A DNA stretch of 63,690 bases, counting the filler, from Octopus bimaculoides (Eukaryota): the NCBI RefSeq assembly GCF_001194135.2. It is 5 parts of 4 records of this genome, joined end to end, with 100 filler letters (N's around TTAATTAATTAA, not from the genome) between each part and the next. Parts side by side here need not be neighbours in the genome. Positions count along the whole stretch, not along the records: positions 1 to 23,248 come from NC_068982.1; positions 23,349 to 34,027 come from NC_068999.1; 3 more parts are not named here. One strand, 5' to 3'. Positions 13,823 through 27,392 of this stretch are shown here, one piece after another. The translations under genes were made by a program, and so were the position numbers. The notes below the pieces were generated by a model that worked only from the letters and a program-made list of their open reading frames with translations, was not told the origin of the DNA and searched no databases. Every line of letters starts with the position of its first letter. The first letter of the stretch is position 1.

Positions 13823-13915
13823 GGTTATGGTCAAGCTGACCATTCCATCACTGCAGCAATCCTTAGCCGGAAGTATCCTGAACACAAAGTGAAATGGTCC
13901 AATGAGGGTTATTAA
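13823..13915 (+). CDS. PHPT1: Phosphohistidine phosphatase 1, terminal coding exon
   Basis: ctattttcag acceptor; phase 0 matches the preceding exon; encodes GYGQADHSITAAILSRKYPEHKVKWSNEGY*, matching the family C-terminus (AYGPAQH...KYPDYEVTWANDGY*). Confidence 0.95.
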   Translation, partial: GYGQADHSITAAILSRKYPEHKVKWSNEGY

Positions 13916-16424
13916 GTTGAAGGGTCCACTAAGTCTGACCAAGGGATCAGTAGTATATGTTCTTGTGGCTGACATAGCCTGTTGGCCTGGCAGAATACCC
14001 AACTCCCTGTACGCAGCGCACATACTCACACACAAACACACATACTCACACACAAACACATACATTCAAGCATACATACGTACTGGCTCTCACCTGCCCC
14101 ACTCCTCAATCCTAGTTCAGCACCATTTCCCACAATCCTTCAGTAAATTGATTCTTTTTGTGATTTCTCCAGTGTTTGAATCCCAAGAAGTCTAGGCTAA
14201 TTTCATACGAGGCTTAGGTAATGTATGTATGTGAGGGAGAGAGTGAAAGAAAGAGAGAAAGAGTGCGTGTATAATGCCAATATTTGAACCTGACTTCTCT
14301 GGGTGAATAGACAATTCAGTTGTCATGGTAATGTGTTGGAGATTCTACTGTATTTAGCTGTCACAGTAATGACAAGAAGGAGACTTCTCAGCTGCCATAG
14401 TAACAACTTGATGGAGACTATCCTATTCTCACACATGTAGCATTCAAATTATCACTCAATATAGACAGTTTTTTTTTTTATTATTATTATTGTTTTCCAG
14501 TTCTCTTCTACTGAGAAAATTAAATATTTGAAATTTCCCTGAAATGTTTGCGTTTGCTGCCTTGACATCATATTTCTGCTATTTTGTTTTTGTGTCCTGA
14601 GTATAGTATTTATTTCTGTATAAACAGTGTGAACTCAAGAAATAATCTCACTTATCCTTCCTTTCACTGTTGGTTTTAGAAGTCCCAAAACTAATATATT
14701 GAACTTCTCCCTTTAACATTTATTTATTTTACACCTCCAAAACTAATGATATTTCTAACATCATTTCAAGAAGCATTTTCTCTTTTTATTGTCTGAAAGC
14801 TGTTTCTAACATTTTTATCTATCAGTTCTAGCAACTTTCTCAAAAAAGCTAGCTAACATTAAAACCCATTTATTCACTAATATTAAGTTTGTCTCTCTGA
14901 TAAAAAAAAAAAAAATTAAAATAAAGGAATATAAAATTGGTTGTTGGAACCATAAAACACTTTACTACATTCTCAAAGATGCTAACTTATTACTTCTGCT
15001 GTCATTTCACTAGAAACTGCTGCCTAACCAATCATACCACACACACACATGCACTCTTTCTCTCTCTAACTTGATATAGTATCATCACTATGATATTACC
15101 TTGACTTCTATTACAATAAAAAGAAACAAGAAACATTTCAGACTACTGCATCACATGAGTGAAAACTATTTTCTATGTCTGTATAAATGTGTATTTTTAG
15201 ACATCAGTGTGTGCAACCACTCCTATTAAACTTTTTACTGGAAAATATAGTTTTTGATTTGTTTTATTTACTTTTCTTGGTTTGTCTGTTTGGAGTGGGT
15301 GTTATTCAAAATTTTAAATGTTACAATGTTGGTGTTCCTCAGAGATTCTTGCTAAAAAACCCTTCAGATCACTCTTGGGTTAACAATATTGTAATTTTTA
15401 TTTATTTATATTTTTTTCAAGTTTATAGATGGAAATTATGCAATAAGCTTGTCATTTATATACACATATAGACATGTATACTTTATGTTTGTAGGTGTAT
15501 GTATGTATGTATGTATGTATATATCATCATTTAATGCTCACCTTCCATGCTGGCTTGAGTTTGATGCTTTAACAGCAGCTGGCCTGGTAGAAGACTTCAC
15601 CAGAGTTCTGTGTCTGTTTTGACATAGGTTTTACAACTGGATGCTCTTCCTAACATGAACTACCCTGCAGAGTGAACTAAGTGCTTTTTATGTGGTACCA
15701 GCACAGGTGAAGTCAGTTTTAGCATGGATTTTACAACTGGATGCCCTTCCAAATGCCAACCAATTTACAGTGTGAACTGGATGATTTTTATATGGCTCCA
15801 GCACTGGCAGGGTCACCAAGTAACTTGCAAGACAAAGATCCTTTGGGAGGGGGCATTGGAGAAGATGATCTTGTGTCAGTTTCTAAAAGGTTAGAGTGTG
15901 ACAGAGACAGAAACAATTACTTTCAGAATTTAATTTAATCAAGGTGTTTTAATGACAAAGACACCAAAGTACAATCAAGGATAGCATACCTGTGTATTAA
16001 CAGTGTGTACAGACACTGATGTACTTAGTAAAGATTTGTCCTTCCAATTATGCATATATTCACAAGTATAGACCAAAAACATCCAATGTATATGTAAAAT
16101 CAGATGAGTATGCTCTGGCATGAAGTCCACGGTCTACTCTAGACTCAAGATCCAATGCAGGGAAGGTTCTGAGTGTAGTGTGGTGTAGTATAAGTAATAA
16201 CTCAAACGGGCTCAGACTCACTACAACTGTTTCAGACATGTTTTTTATTTATTAATAAATGAATAAATAAATTACATCATCTCAACTGGCCCCAAGATGA
16301 GAGAGCCAATATGCACCCTCTACTGTTTGTGTGAAAAGTCCTAAATGTTAAATTTTATTTTTGATTCACCTGAAGAAAATGTTTTCTTTTTTTTTACATG
16401 ATGTAATTGATTTCTATCTATCTC

Positions 16425-16489
<65 letters not shown>

Positions 16490-16716
16490 NNNNNNNNNNN
16501 NNNNNNNNNNNNNNNNNNNNNNNNNNNNNNNNNNNNNNNNNNNNNNNNNNNNNNNNNNNNNNNNNNNNNNNNNNNNNNNNNNNNNNNNNNNNNNNNNNNN
16601 NNNNNNNNNNNNNNNNNNNNNNNNNNNNNNNNNNNNNNNNNNNNNNNNNNNNNNNNNNNNNNNNNNNNNNNNNNNNNNNNNNNNNNNNNNNNNNNNNNNN
16701 NNNNNNNNNNNNNNNN

Positions 16717-16821
16717 AGTGAGAGATGACAAAGTGAGCAATCTGAGCATACCCTTTTTTTTACATGGGCAGTTGCCAAGAACATAAGTGAGCAAGTATGG
16801 AGTTCTTCGATGTTCTATCTA
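16717..16821 (+). repeat. 5' LTR (partial, left end lost in gap)
   Basis: Aligns by eye at roughly 70% identity with 19870-19962 (GACAAAG...CCCTTTTTT...CCAAGAACAT...GCAAGTAT...TTCTAT). Confidence 0.8.
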
Positions 16822-19799
16822 AAAGGTGGGTACATTCAAGGCATGTAACAAGCTAGGAAGACTGAGATGGACAGAAGAACAGCTGACCATAAGCTCAAGT
16901 TCATGAGGCTGGCTGAACTAGCCAGCTCTTCCAGTGGAGTGATGGAGTGTCATGACTGGTTTCTATATCTTGATGAGGCTGCAGCAGCTGCCAGACATTG
17001 AGACAACGGTGGGTGGCTTGGTGAACTGAACCAGGACATGCACATACAATGAAACACAACGTTACAGCAATGGTGAACTGCAAAAACTAGAGTAATACAG
17101 GTGAGTCGATATAGATGCTAAAGGGACTGTGCTTCTGGTGTTGGGGTCTGCATATAGTCAGGGACTGTAAAAACACAAATTCCAAAGTGGTTCGTTACCA
17201 GTGTAACCATCCTGGTCATATAACATTCTACTGCAGTCAGAGAAACAAATGTGGGGTGGAGTACCGCACTAGTAGCTGCCCCATCAACCATGTAGGGGTT
17301 CTCCTGTAATAAAGGATTCTGGAAAGTGGGGGGTGGAGAGACATGAGAGCCTCGGTAACCCCAAAGATGAGTGACAGCTGAAGTGGAATAACCGGCTTAA
17401 GAACAGGAGATGGGAGCAAGGTTAAATGTACAGGCATCAGTGTGGTGATGACAGTAGAGGGAATAATAACGAAGGTACAGATGGTTGTGGATGAGTGGTG
17501 TCGACGTCAGCATGATGAGAAGAGTGTTTGTGGGGCTAATGCAGCAGAGGAAGGTTGCTGTGGGATCGATGGATCAAACTCTGAGGAAAGGAATACCAGA
17601 CAAGAACTTCTGAGTGATGAACAGTAGAATGTTTCTGGAAAGTAGAACCCTCAATGTTGAGAAATAAGATGAGCTATTATGAACATACTCTGAAAGGAGA
17701 GGCTCAGGAGTTAATTTGAGAGAGATGAACAAATGGATGGAAGAGGGGGTATCTTGACATCTTGGAAGGAGGAGAGGAAGAGTGATGTGTTGTCAGTGAT
17801 TGCAGTGGTTCAACCAACTAAAAATAAAGTCCAATTAATGCTAGATTTTTGGAAGCTGAATGAGCACGTATCTTATTATATGGACAGTGGAGCTGTTGAT
17901 GTCTGTAGGGGAGTAGAACTAAGTGACAGGGGCATCTAGAATTGTCACTCTCAAGTTGGCATATCTGCAGCTTCACATAGCTGAGAAATTGTGGAAATAT
18001 CAGCTGGTGAGATACAAGGGCAGGATATATTGTCTGATTAGACTGGTATTCAGGTTGAACTCAGCACCAAAATCATGGCAATGGGTCTCAGGGTGGTCTT
18101 GGGAAAAGTGGCCAAGGTAAAGCAAACCACTAGTTCCTATATAGAGATAACATTCAGGTATCAGCAGTGGAGTTTGTAGAACATCTTGGGTTGAATATGA
18201 AACCACAGAAAGCACTACACTGGAATTCAAGCATCAGGCAGATAAGATTTGCAGGCTCCTATTTAAGAGAAGAAACAAAATTCCTGATTTGAGTAAGTGA
18301 GAACTATTCTTTTTGTGAGAAACTAGTAAGCCACTACTCCATTGAGGGATGGCTCTGGACAGCGTGCAACTACATCAAGGGGTGAGTTGAGATGATAGAG
18401 AGGGAGAGAAGACAGTTGCCATGCTGTAAGATGTTCTGGAGAGAGTGAGAGTAGAGAACCTAGTAAAAGGAATTTGGTATGTTTCCAAATCAGAAAAAAG
18501 GAGTCATATAGTATGATGCATGTAGTATAGTGATTGGAGTTGTTCTGGAAATAAGGGTGTTGAAGTGGAGGATGCAGCATAGCTCAGGAAGAAGATTAAT
18601 TACAATCATATCAGTGTAGCTGAGTAAGCACTGAGATTGGGACCACACACTATCGAGATTTGGACTGATTCAGCTATGGTGAATGAATGGGTGGAATCAG
18701 TGATCTCCAATCAGAAGAAAAGGAGTCATGGAAATGATAAGTGTTGCCTAGGAATCCTAAAGATGCTACCTGTTGACCTGAAGCTGCAGGTAGTCTTTGT
18801 GCCATCAGCAAAAAATAAGCTGGGTGCCCTTACCAAAGTGAAAAAAAGCCCTGGTTGGAATCACCAACAGATTCACAGAGTTGGTTGGCTGTGGTATGTT
18901 AGTTGGAAGGTCCAGAACTAAGAAGGTGGCACAACATGCATCATATGGAAGTAGATAGGATCTCGTTCTTGTCAGGAAAATTGACTTTGATGTCACCAGA
19001 GTAAGTATTTGGAAGGTAGTTGCCACTAAGTGTGCATGAAACAGGGAAGATTGGAAGAGGCTGGCAATAGATGTGATGCACTACCAGGGAAGATCATACT
19101 TCTCAATTATCAATGGCTTATGGTGATATGGAGAGAAATCAGAATAGAGACTGTGTATGAAATTTCTGGGATTCTGAATGCAAAATTTCTGTAAAGAGGC
19201 CAGTGAATGAGCTACTGATGGACAATAGCACAGTAGTTTGTTCAGAGCTGCTGAAGTTAAATGGTTGAAAGGTGGAACATCAGGCATTTCAGAGCTGAAT
19301 AAGAATGTAGAAGAGGAAGAAAAAAAAAACCCATTGCACAATCAAGGCCATGGCCAAGTAAGGGGGAATCTACACCACTGAGGTAGTCGTTTTTCACACA
19401 GTGCAGAAGATGAGGAGTTGGTCCCAGAAAGAGCTGTTTTCAAATATGAATGGAGAGATCCAAACACAATACAGCTGTGTTTTGAAGAAGAGGAAGGATT
19501 GGCATGCATTCAAACATTGTTTTGGTGAAGCCACTTAATGTGCTATGTGCCAGTCAGTGGGGAAGAGGAAGAGTAAGATGAATGAACTCTTGAAACAATG
19601 AGTCAATTGATGTAATTCCACATCCCATTCTTATCCATAGAATTGTTGGTTTGTCAGACAACGAAGGACAAGGAGAGGGTGAGGCCAGCACCACAACCTT
19701 GCAAAAGCCAGAAAGAGAACAATGTTCACCTAGATAGATGATTTTGAAGTGGAATGAGAACAGCATTGTAAAGTGATCTCTAGATCAGGAGGTATGGCA

Positions 19800-19962
19800 T
19801 GTGACATAGTGGCTGATGTGCCAAAAATGAAAATGGATATTAGTTGGTGATGCACTGGAAGTGACATCAGGTGACAAAGCCAGTGACTTGAGAATCCCCT
19901 TTTTTGCACAGGGAGTCACCAAGAACATGTGCAAGTATAGGATCCTCAGATATTCTATTTAC
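19800..19962 (+). repeat. 3' LTR
   Basis: Starts TGTGAC after a purine-rich tract; matches the 5' LTR remnant. Confidence 0.75.
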
Positions 19963-20221
19963 TGGCCAGTGAGTATGGTCGAGGGTGTCTCAGAGTCACA
20001 CAACAAGTTCCAGTCAGTTGTTGCAGAAACTAATTGAGAAAGTAAGCTTCACATGTAACATGCACTGGAGCAATATGTACCATGAACATACTAAAAATAG
20101 ATTCTCTTCAACACCCAGATCTGTCACTTTTGTTACTTACAAAATGTAATAATTAGCAAGAGCAGTAATTGTTCTGAAAGTTTAGTAGCCAAGATAAGAG
20201 CAGGCTCAAGAACAGTTCAGG

Positions 20222-20347
20222 AAGTACTACCACCACTGCTAGCAACAAAGGTCATTTCCTTTAGAGTCAAGGGCAGATTGTATGATGTTTTGCATTGGAA
20301 CTGCAGTGCTGCATGGTAGTGAGAATATGGGCCTTGAATGCAGAGGG
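20222..20347 (+). mobile_element. RTE LINE reverse transcriptase C-terminal fragment
   Basis: Decayed version of PLL.TK..S.RVKGRLYD..V.TAVLHGSE.WALNAE. Confidence 0.7.
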
Positions 20348-21599
20348 TGTGTGTGTGTGTGTGTGTGGCTAGGAATAAACAGTTTTCTTTTGATATTCAT
20401 ATTTTCTACATATTAGGTGCAAGCATGGCTGTACAGTAAGAAATTTGCTTCCCAATCACATGGTTCTGGTTCAATCCTACCACATGACACCTTGGACAAG
20501 TCTCTTTTACTATAGCTCTGGGCCAACTAAAGTATTTTGAGTGGATTAGTTAATCAGAAACTGAAAGAAGCATCATGCATACCAGCATGGAAGGCAGACA
20601 TTAAACAATGATGATGATGATGATGTGTATGTGTGTAGGATCTACTTGCATTGACATCACATAATAGTTGTAAACGAGTGTGACTGTAATGCAAGTGATG
20701 TCTTTCATTTCCTATATTCTGTGAAAACATGTTTGTTCATAGAGAAATATTACCTTACTTGGAAATAGGTGAGGGTTGGAGACAGGAAAGGCATCTGGCC
20801 ATAGAAAATCTGCCTCAACAAATTGATTCCAACCCATGCAACCCTGGAAATGTGGACATTAAAACAATGATGATGATTTTTTACATATTAAATACATCTA
20901 GTATACATATGAAGTCTAGCAACAGGTATTCCATTATACACATATGCACACATTTTCCTTCTCTATTGACTTTCAGAGTTACAAATTCAAATGAAGGGAT
21001 TGCATTGATGATGTTTAAATGAACAGTCCCTCAACTATTTGCAGAATAAAATTAACCATGGTAGAATGGAAGTGGGTTAGGGTAAGGGCAGTGGTATCAA
21101 ATATTATTTTGTTGCAGGACACCAAAACAAGTTTCTAAAAACTGTGGCACCCAACACTAATACTTTACAGGCAACACCTGCCACTCTAATTTTAATGAGA
21201 AAAATTGTTATAGAGATAGAAGTTATAATTTGTTAAATTTAATTAAAAGACACTTTATCAAATGAAATTTCTTGAATTTTTCACAAAACTCTGAGATTTC
21301 TCAGAATTCACTTTGGGAAATTTTGTACTACTAGAGTAACTGTATAACATTAACTAACTGGCACTTGTCGGCTAATGAAGGGGAATAACTTGATTTAATT
21401 AATTGAGACTTGCAAGGGAAGTAACCACGTATTAGTATAGACTAGGAAGGGAAATAACTAGATGAGGTTTGTATAGACTACGAGTAGGATATGCTTGGAT
21501 AATGATAATATAGATAAAGACTGGGGATAATTGAGTGTGGGATTAACGTGGATAATGTTCATTTTTTAATGCTGTATATCTGTAGAAATAAAATTAGAT

Positions 21600-21955
21600 C
21601 TGGTGCGTGATGAACATTGTCAACTCGAATTGCTGGTCCCTCAGCAGGGTCAGCATAAGGTAGCCTCTCTTCATCTCCTGCCTTCTTCACATTCAACAGC
21701 CTTTCATAATAGCACTTCCATGCCACTTTCTATCTTCCATGCCAGTGGTAAGTATGCCTCCGTCATTTTGTATACATTTCTCACTGATGACATCACTCTG
21801 CTGAAAACTTCACGCCTCTGATTCTCACACTGCATGATATGCGCAAATCTCTTCCTCTCTGCCTCATCCTTAACCAAATACACTGGTCACCTAGCTGCTC
21901 TTCTAGACGCTTGGTAATGCTCCCTACTCCCACTTCCTTCCAAGTTTTCCAACAC
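21600..21955 (-). mobile_element. RTE LINE fragment (region between endonuclease and RT)
   Basis: Decayed minus-strand peptides such as VYLVKDEAERKRFAHI, KCIQNDGG, VAWKCYYERLLNV; no intact frame. Confidence 0.65.
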
Positions 21956-23097
21956 ACACCCAAATGAAATTTCTATGTAGACATAAAACTTTATAACCAA
22001 AAGAAGAAGAAAAATACTATGCTTACTGTTTCTTTGACTTTTATAGGACATCATGGCACCATGGAATAAGTGAAAATAGCAATACTCTAAAACAAAATAA
22101 AAAGACCAATCTTAAATGAAGTCACCAGAATAAGCCTGTATTGTTACATCTACATAGGAACCAATAATTAATTTTAATCCAAAGAAGAGGAGGAAGTATA
22201 TTTTACACAACACACAGCTCAAATCTAACCTTGATATCACTCAACAACAGAATGGAACATGTCTACCAGGATACCTCAAGAAAATTTTGAATTGCTTTAA
22301 AATACTCAAAGAATAGCTTCAATATTTATTAAATCATTAGTTTTGTTTTTTAATTCATGGCTGCAGTTCAATAAGTAAAACATAAAAGATATATATAAAT
22401 ATATATATATATAGATATTTCAAATTTACAGAAAACAAAAGACGAAGATAAGTGAAGGAAAAACAAGTAGGTGTATTAGTTTAATGCTCGGGTGGAATGG
22501 AAAAGTATTTGACATCTCAAGCCTACACTGTTCAACAGAAAAGATTTTATATATATATATATAATACTATATATGCCAGATAATATACCTACTCTTGACA
22601 GATACATAAGTGCATCTTTTCCATGACTTATGGTCTCTTAGATGACTCATATATATATATAAGAATATAAGAGAGAATGGAATAAGTATATTTGGAATAG
22701 TCACAACAAGAAGTATACTAACATGGAGAATTGTATTACCACGTAAATGATAATAATAGGAATGTACAATAGAAAATAAGAAGATGTATAAAGATCCCTA
22801 CGATCGTTTCATGATTATGTAACTTGTCTGAATGAAATCGAAATGATAATCATATTGAAGCTGCATAACCATTCTTCTGAAATATAAAGGGAAGAAAATC
22901 ATTCATAAGAGTTTATCCGTGTTTATAAGAATTAATTAATCCATAGTTGTATAGATACGAGTCATAGGAATTCTGTATAAATTTCCATAGTAATCCAGTA
23001 TAATTTTTTCATGGTAATTGTAAATGTTAACAGTAGAGATACAAAGTATGAGAATGTGTGCTATTATTTATATTAGTATAATAGTAATTGAGGTAGT

Positions 23098-23248
23098 CAT
23101 CATCATCATCATTTAACGTCCGCCTTCCATGCTAGCATAGGTTGGACGATTTGACTGAGGACTGGCAAACCAGATGGCTGCACCAGGCTCTAATCTGATC
23201 TGGCAGAGTTTCTACGGCTGAATGCCCTTCCTAATGCCAACCATTCCG
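23098..23248 (-). mobile_element. RTE-type 3' tail repeat
   Basis: (CAT)n then TTTAACGTCCGCCTTCCATGCTAGCAT...ATGCCCTTCCTAATGCCAACC, the reverse complement of the tail at 39430-39597. Confidence 0.85.
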
Positions 23249-23348
23249 NNNNNNNNNNNNNNNNNNNNNNNNNNNNNNNNNNNNNNNNNNNNTTAATTAA
23301 TTAANNNNNNNNNNNNNNNNNNNNNNNNNNNNNNNNNNNNNNNNNNNN
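23249..23348. other. Artificial 100-bp scaffold join (44 N + TTAATTAATTAA + 44 N)
   Basis: Identical structure at 34028-34127, 56169-56268 and 60988-61087; the linker has stop codons in all six frames. Confidence 0.97.
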
Positions 23349-23819
23349 ACACACACACATACACACACACACACACACCGGCACACTTCATTCCCACATA
23401 TAATAACCAAGTAAAAATCTGCTTGAAGTTACTAACGGAAGACAAGAGAGTCTCAATAAAGAATGTTTAATTTTGAAACTAAATCCTTAAGTACCTTCAC
23501 GATTCATACTTGCCAAATAAAAACCCGAAACTTAAGTGACAGTAAGATGTATTTGAAGATTCAGTTTCATAAATAAATATATGCTCATCGCTCGAACAAT
23601 TTTTTATCTCCTGTTTGTAAAGTTAAACAGGTTTCTGCTCCATGTATGAAAGCTTGTTTCCGTACGGATGTGATATATATGTATGTTTGTGTTTGTATGT
23701 ACATGTGTGTGTTTGTGTATGTGTGTGATTTTGCGTTCGTGTATATTTATATGATTCGATACGAATAAATATGCATCTACACGCATGCACAATCCAGCAT
23801 ACATAATACAAACTTATCA

Positions 23820-23857
<38 letters not shown>

Positions 23858-24501
23858 NNNNNNNNNNNNNNNNNNNNNNNNNNNNNNNNNNNNNNNNNNN
23901 NNNNNNNNNNNNNNNNNNNNNNNNNNNNNNNNNNNNNNNNNNNNNNNNNNNNNNNNNNNNNNNNNNNNNNNNNNNNNNNNNNNNNNNNNNNNNNNNNNNN
24001 NNNNNNNNNNNNNNNNNNNNNNNNNNNNNNNNNNNNNNNNNNNNNNNNNNNNNNNNNNNNNNNNNNNNNNNNNNNNNNNNNNNNNNNNNNNNNNNNNNNN
24101 NNNNNNNNNNNNNNNNNNNNNNNNNNNNNNNNNNNNNNNNNNNNNNNNNNNNNNNNNNNNNNNNNNNNNNNNNNNNNNNNNNNNNNNNNNNNNNNNNNNN
24201 NNNNNNNNNNNNNNNNNNNNNNNNNNNNNNNNNNNNNNNNNNNNNNNNNNNNNNNNNNNNNNNNNNNNNNNNNNNNNNNNNNNNNNNNNNNNNNNNNNNN
24301 NNNNNNNNNNNNNNNNNNNNNNNNNNNNNNNNNNNNNNNNNNNNNNNNNNNNNNNNNNNNNNNNNNNNNNNNNNNNNNNNNNNNNNNNNNNNNNNNNNNN
24401 NNNNNNNNNNNNNNNNNNNNNNNNNNNNNNNNNNNNNNNNNNNNNNNNNNNNNNNNNNNNNNNNNNNNNNNNNNNNNNNNNNNNNNNNNNNNNNNNNNNN
24501 N

Positions 24502-24549
<48 letters not shown>

Positions 24550-24693
24550 TATACATACATATATACATATATATGTATACATAAATATATATATATATAT
24601 ATACATACATATAAATATACATATATATATTATTACATATATATACACATACATATACACATGCATACATATATATATAGATACATGTATTAT

Positions 24694-24733
<40 letters not shown>

Positions 24734-25481
24734 GTGTGTAGTTTACACGCTATTAAAAGGATGTTGCTTATATATAGAAACATACGATATTTTTCGTGTA
24801 TTTTTCTAAATCTTATTTTGTTTATATCAAAAGTGAATTTGATAGTATTCTTAGAGTATTTTTCCATACGGTCCATGCCACATTACAAACACACATGCAC
24901 GAAGAGGTGAACAATCACTAGAAAACTCATGCACTTAAACGAAGCGCACATACCACATACACATATGCCACACACCCATATATATAACACACATATAGAC
25001 ACACATATAACTCGCACCTACTAATGTGTATTTCGTTTTCTTGAGCGTCAACGACAATACGTGAATATACGTAGATTATAATATCACTGAAGCGCGCGCA
25101 CGCATCCACACACACAGATACACACATACACACACCCGTACACACACTTGCGCAAAGGAGTCACAAAAGAAAAAGAAAAAAACAACAAAGTTATTTATGT
25201 TTCCTTCTGCTTCAATGTGAATATGTTTGTACAAGTAGATTGAAATTTTATAGAAACAAATAGGTGGCATGGCTGCTGATAAGAATAGGCGCAGGCGTGG
25301 CAGTGTAGCAAGAAACTTGTTTTCCAGCCACATGATAACGAGTTCAAACTCATTGTGAGTCTCCTTGAGCAATTGTACTTCTAGTACAACTTTGGGGCGA
25401 CCAATGTCTTGTGGTTGATTTTTGTAGATGAAAACTTTATATATATATATGTTTTCATATATATATATATATATTTTTTCT

Positions 25482-25516
<35 letters not shown>

Positions 25517-26092
25517 NNNNNNNNNNNNNNNNNNNNNNNNNNNNNNNNNNNNNNNNNNNNNNNNNNNNNNNNNNNNNNNNNNNNNNNNNNNNNNNNNNNN
25601 NNNNNNNNNNNNNNNNNNNNNNNNNNNNNNNNNNNNNNNNNNNNNNNNNNNNNNNNNNNNNNNNNNNNNNNNNNNNNNNNNNNNNNNNNNNNNNNNNNNN
25701 NNNNNNNNNNNNNNNNNNNNNNNNNNNNNNNNNNNNNNNNNNNNNNNNNNNNNNNNNNNNNNNNNNNNNNNNNNNNNNNNNNNNNNNNNNNNNNNNNNNN
25801 NNNNNNNNNNNNNNNNNNNNNNNNNNNNNNNNNNNNNNNNNNNNNNNNNNNNNNNNNNNNNNNNNNNNNNNNNNNNNNNNNNNNNNNNNNNNNNNNNNNN
25901 NNNNNNNNNNNNNNNNNNNNNNNNNNNNNNNNNNNNNNNNNNNNNNNNNNNNNNNNNNNNNNNNNNNNNNNNNNNNNNNNNNNNNNNNNNNNNNNNNNNN
26001 NNNNNNNNNNNNNNNNNNNNNNNNNNNNNNNNNNNNNNNNNNNNNNNNNNNNNNNNNNNNNNNNNNNNNNNNNNNNNNNNNNNNNNNNNNNN

Positions 26093-26142
<50 letters not shown>

Positions 26143-26912
26143 TAGCAAAAAACATTTTGTAGGTGTTTTAAAATCTTTTGATTATATCTGCCTTAAATTT
26201 AAAGAATTTAAACGAAGAAATAGCACATTCATAAATAATTAAATAAATAAATAGAGCAATATAAGAAGAAATTCATTCATGATTTTAAGATTGGGAAAAC
26301 AGTATAATTACGAAGAGAAAGAATGATAAGATTCGCGTTAAGTATCCGCAGCTTTTACTCTGAGAGCGTCCTACTATCGTAGCTACCATTGGTCGATGTT
26401 TAATCGATAAACACACACCGCCCGTCCTATTCTCTGGAATATCTGATGCACGGCATTTTTCTATGAGCGTTCATGGAAATCAAAGGTGGAGAAGTACAAG
26501 AGACAGTATTATTATTACTATTATTATGTTTTTTTTCTGATTTATTATACGAAGTTATCTATATGAAAATAGTAATGAAATATTTAATAACAAACACGCT
26601 GCTTCCTTTAGAAACATAGCGACGTTTACTTGCATATAAACGTAAGTCTTTCCACATACACACAGACACATAGGTGTTATAAGTTTGTCATACAAAAACC
26701 CGCGAAGGAAATGGAAGCGCAACTGGAAGATATAAACAAACTTATTCATACGTCAGTGAGCATTTGGTAAACAATTCTAACTGCGTTTTCTCGCTGTAGT
26801 TCCGGCAAGGAAAAGAAAGTAATTAACGAAGTATTTATACGTACGCGTGAGAAATTCTTCAAAAGGTAGGAATCTTTAAGTTACTTAAAATACACCTGAT
26901 ATTTGATAAATT

Positions 26913-26949
<37 letters not shown>

Positions 26950-27048
26950 GTGTGTTTGTATATACGTGCATATGAGTATATGTCTGTATGAATAAGTATA
27001 TGCAATATATATATATATAATATATATATATATATATGTATATATATG

Positions 27049-27109
<61 letters not shown>

Positions 27110-27349
27110 ACGTATATGTGAGTATATGCATGTTTGAAGGAAAGAGTTTACATTTACACAATTTCCTTACATGAATATGTATATATATCAAATATATATA
27201 CATACATATATACATATTTATACATGCAAACATATATATGTCAATATATATATGTATTTACATATCCATCTATCTATCCATCGCTCTCTCTCTCTTTCTC
27301 TCTCTATTTCTCTCTCTTTCTTTCTCTCTCTCCCTCTCTCTCTCTCTCA

Positions 27350-27392
<43 letters not shown>

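Larger units (their letters stand above)
16717..19962 (+). mobile_element. Decayed Ty3/Gypsy LTR retrotransposon
   Basis: Gag zinc knuckles (CFWCWGLHIVRDC, degenerate YQCNHPGHITFYC); RT fragment (LKLAYLQLHIAEKLWKYQLVRYKGRIYCLIRLVFRLNSAPK); RNase H-like (IEIWTDSAMVNEWV); integrase-like (WKRLAIDVMHY...HTIKAMA-like); order RT-RH-IN; many stops and frameshifts; flanked by direct repeats. Confidence 0.9.

Noticed and set aside
23293-23304. TTAATTAATTAA recurring four times
   Set aside because: Always centred in exactly 44+44 Ns; an artificial six-frame-stop scaffold linker
26612-26641. 30-nt plus-strand micro-exon (KHSDVYLHIN) with a gtaagt donor
   Set aside because: Too short to distinguish from chance without transcript data
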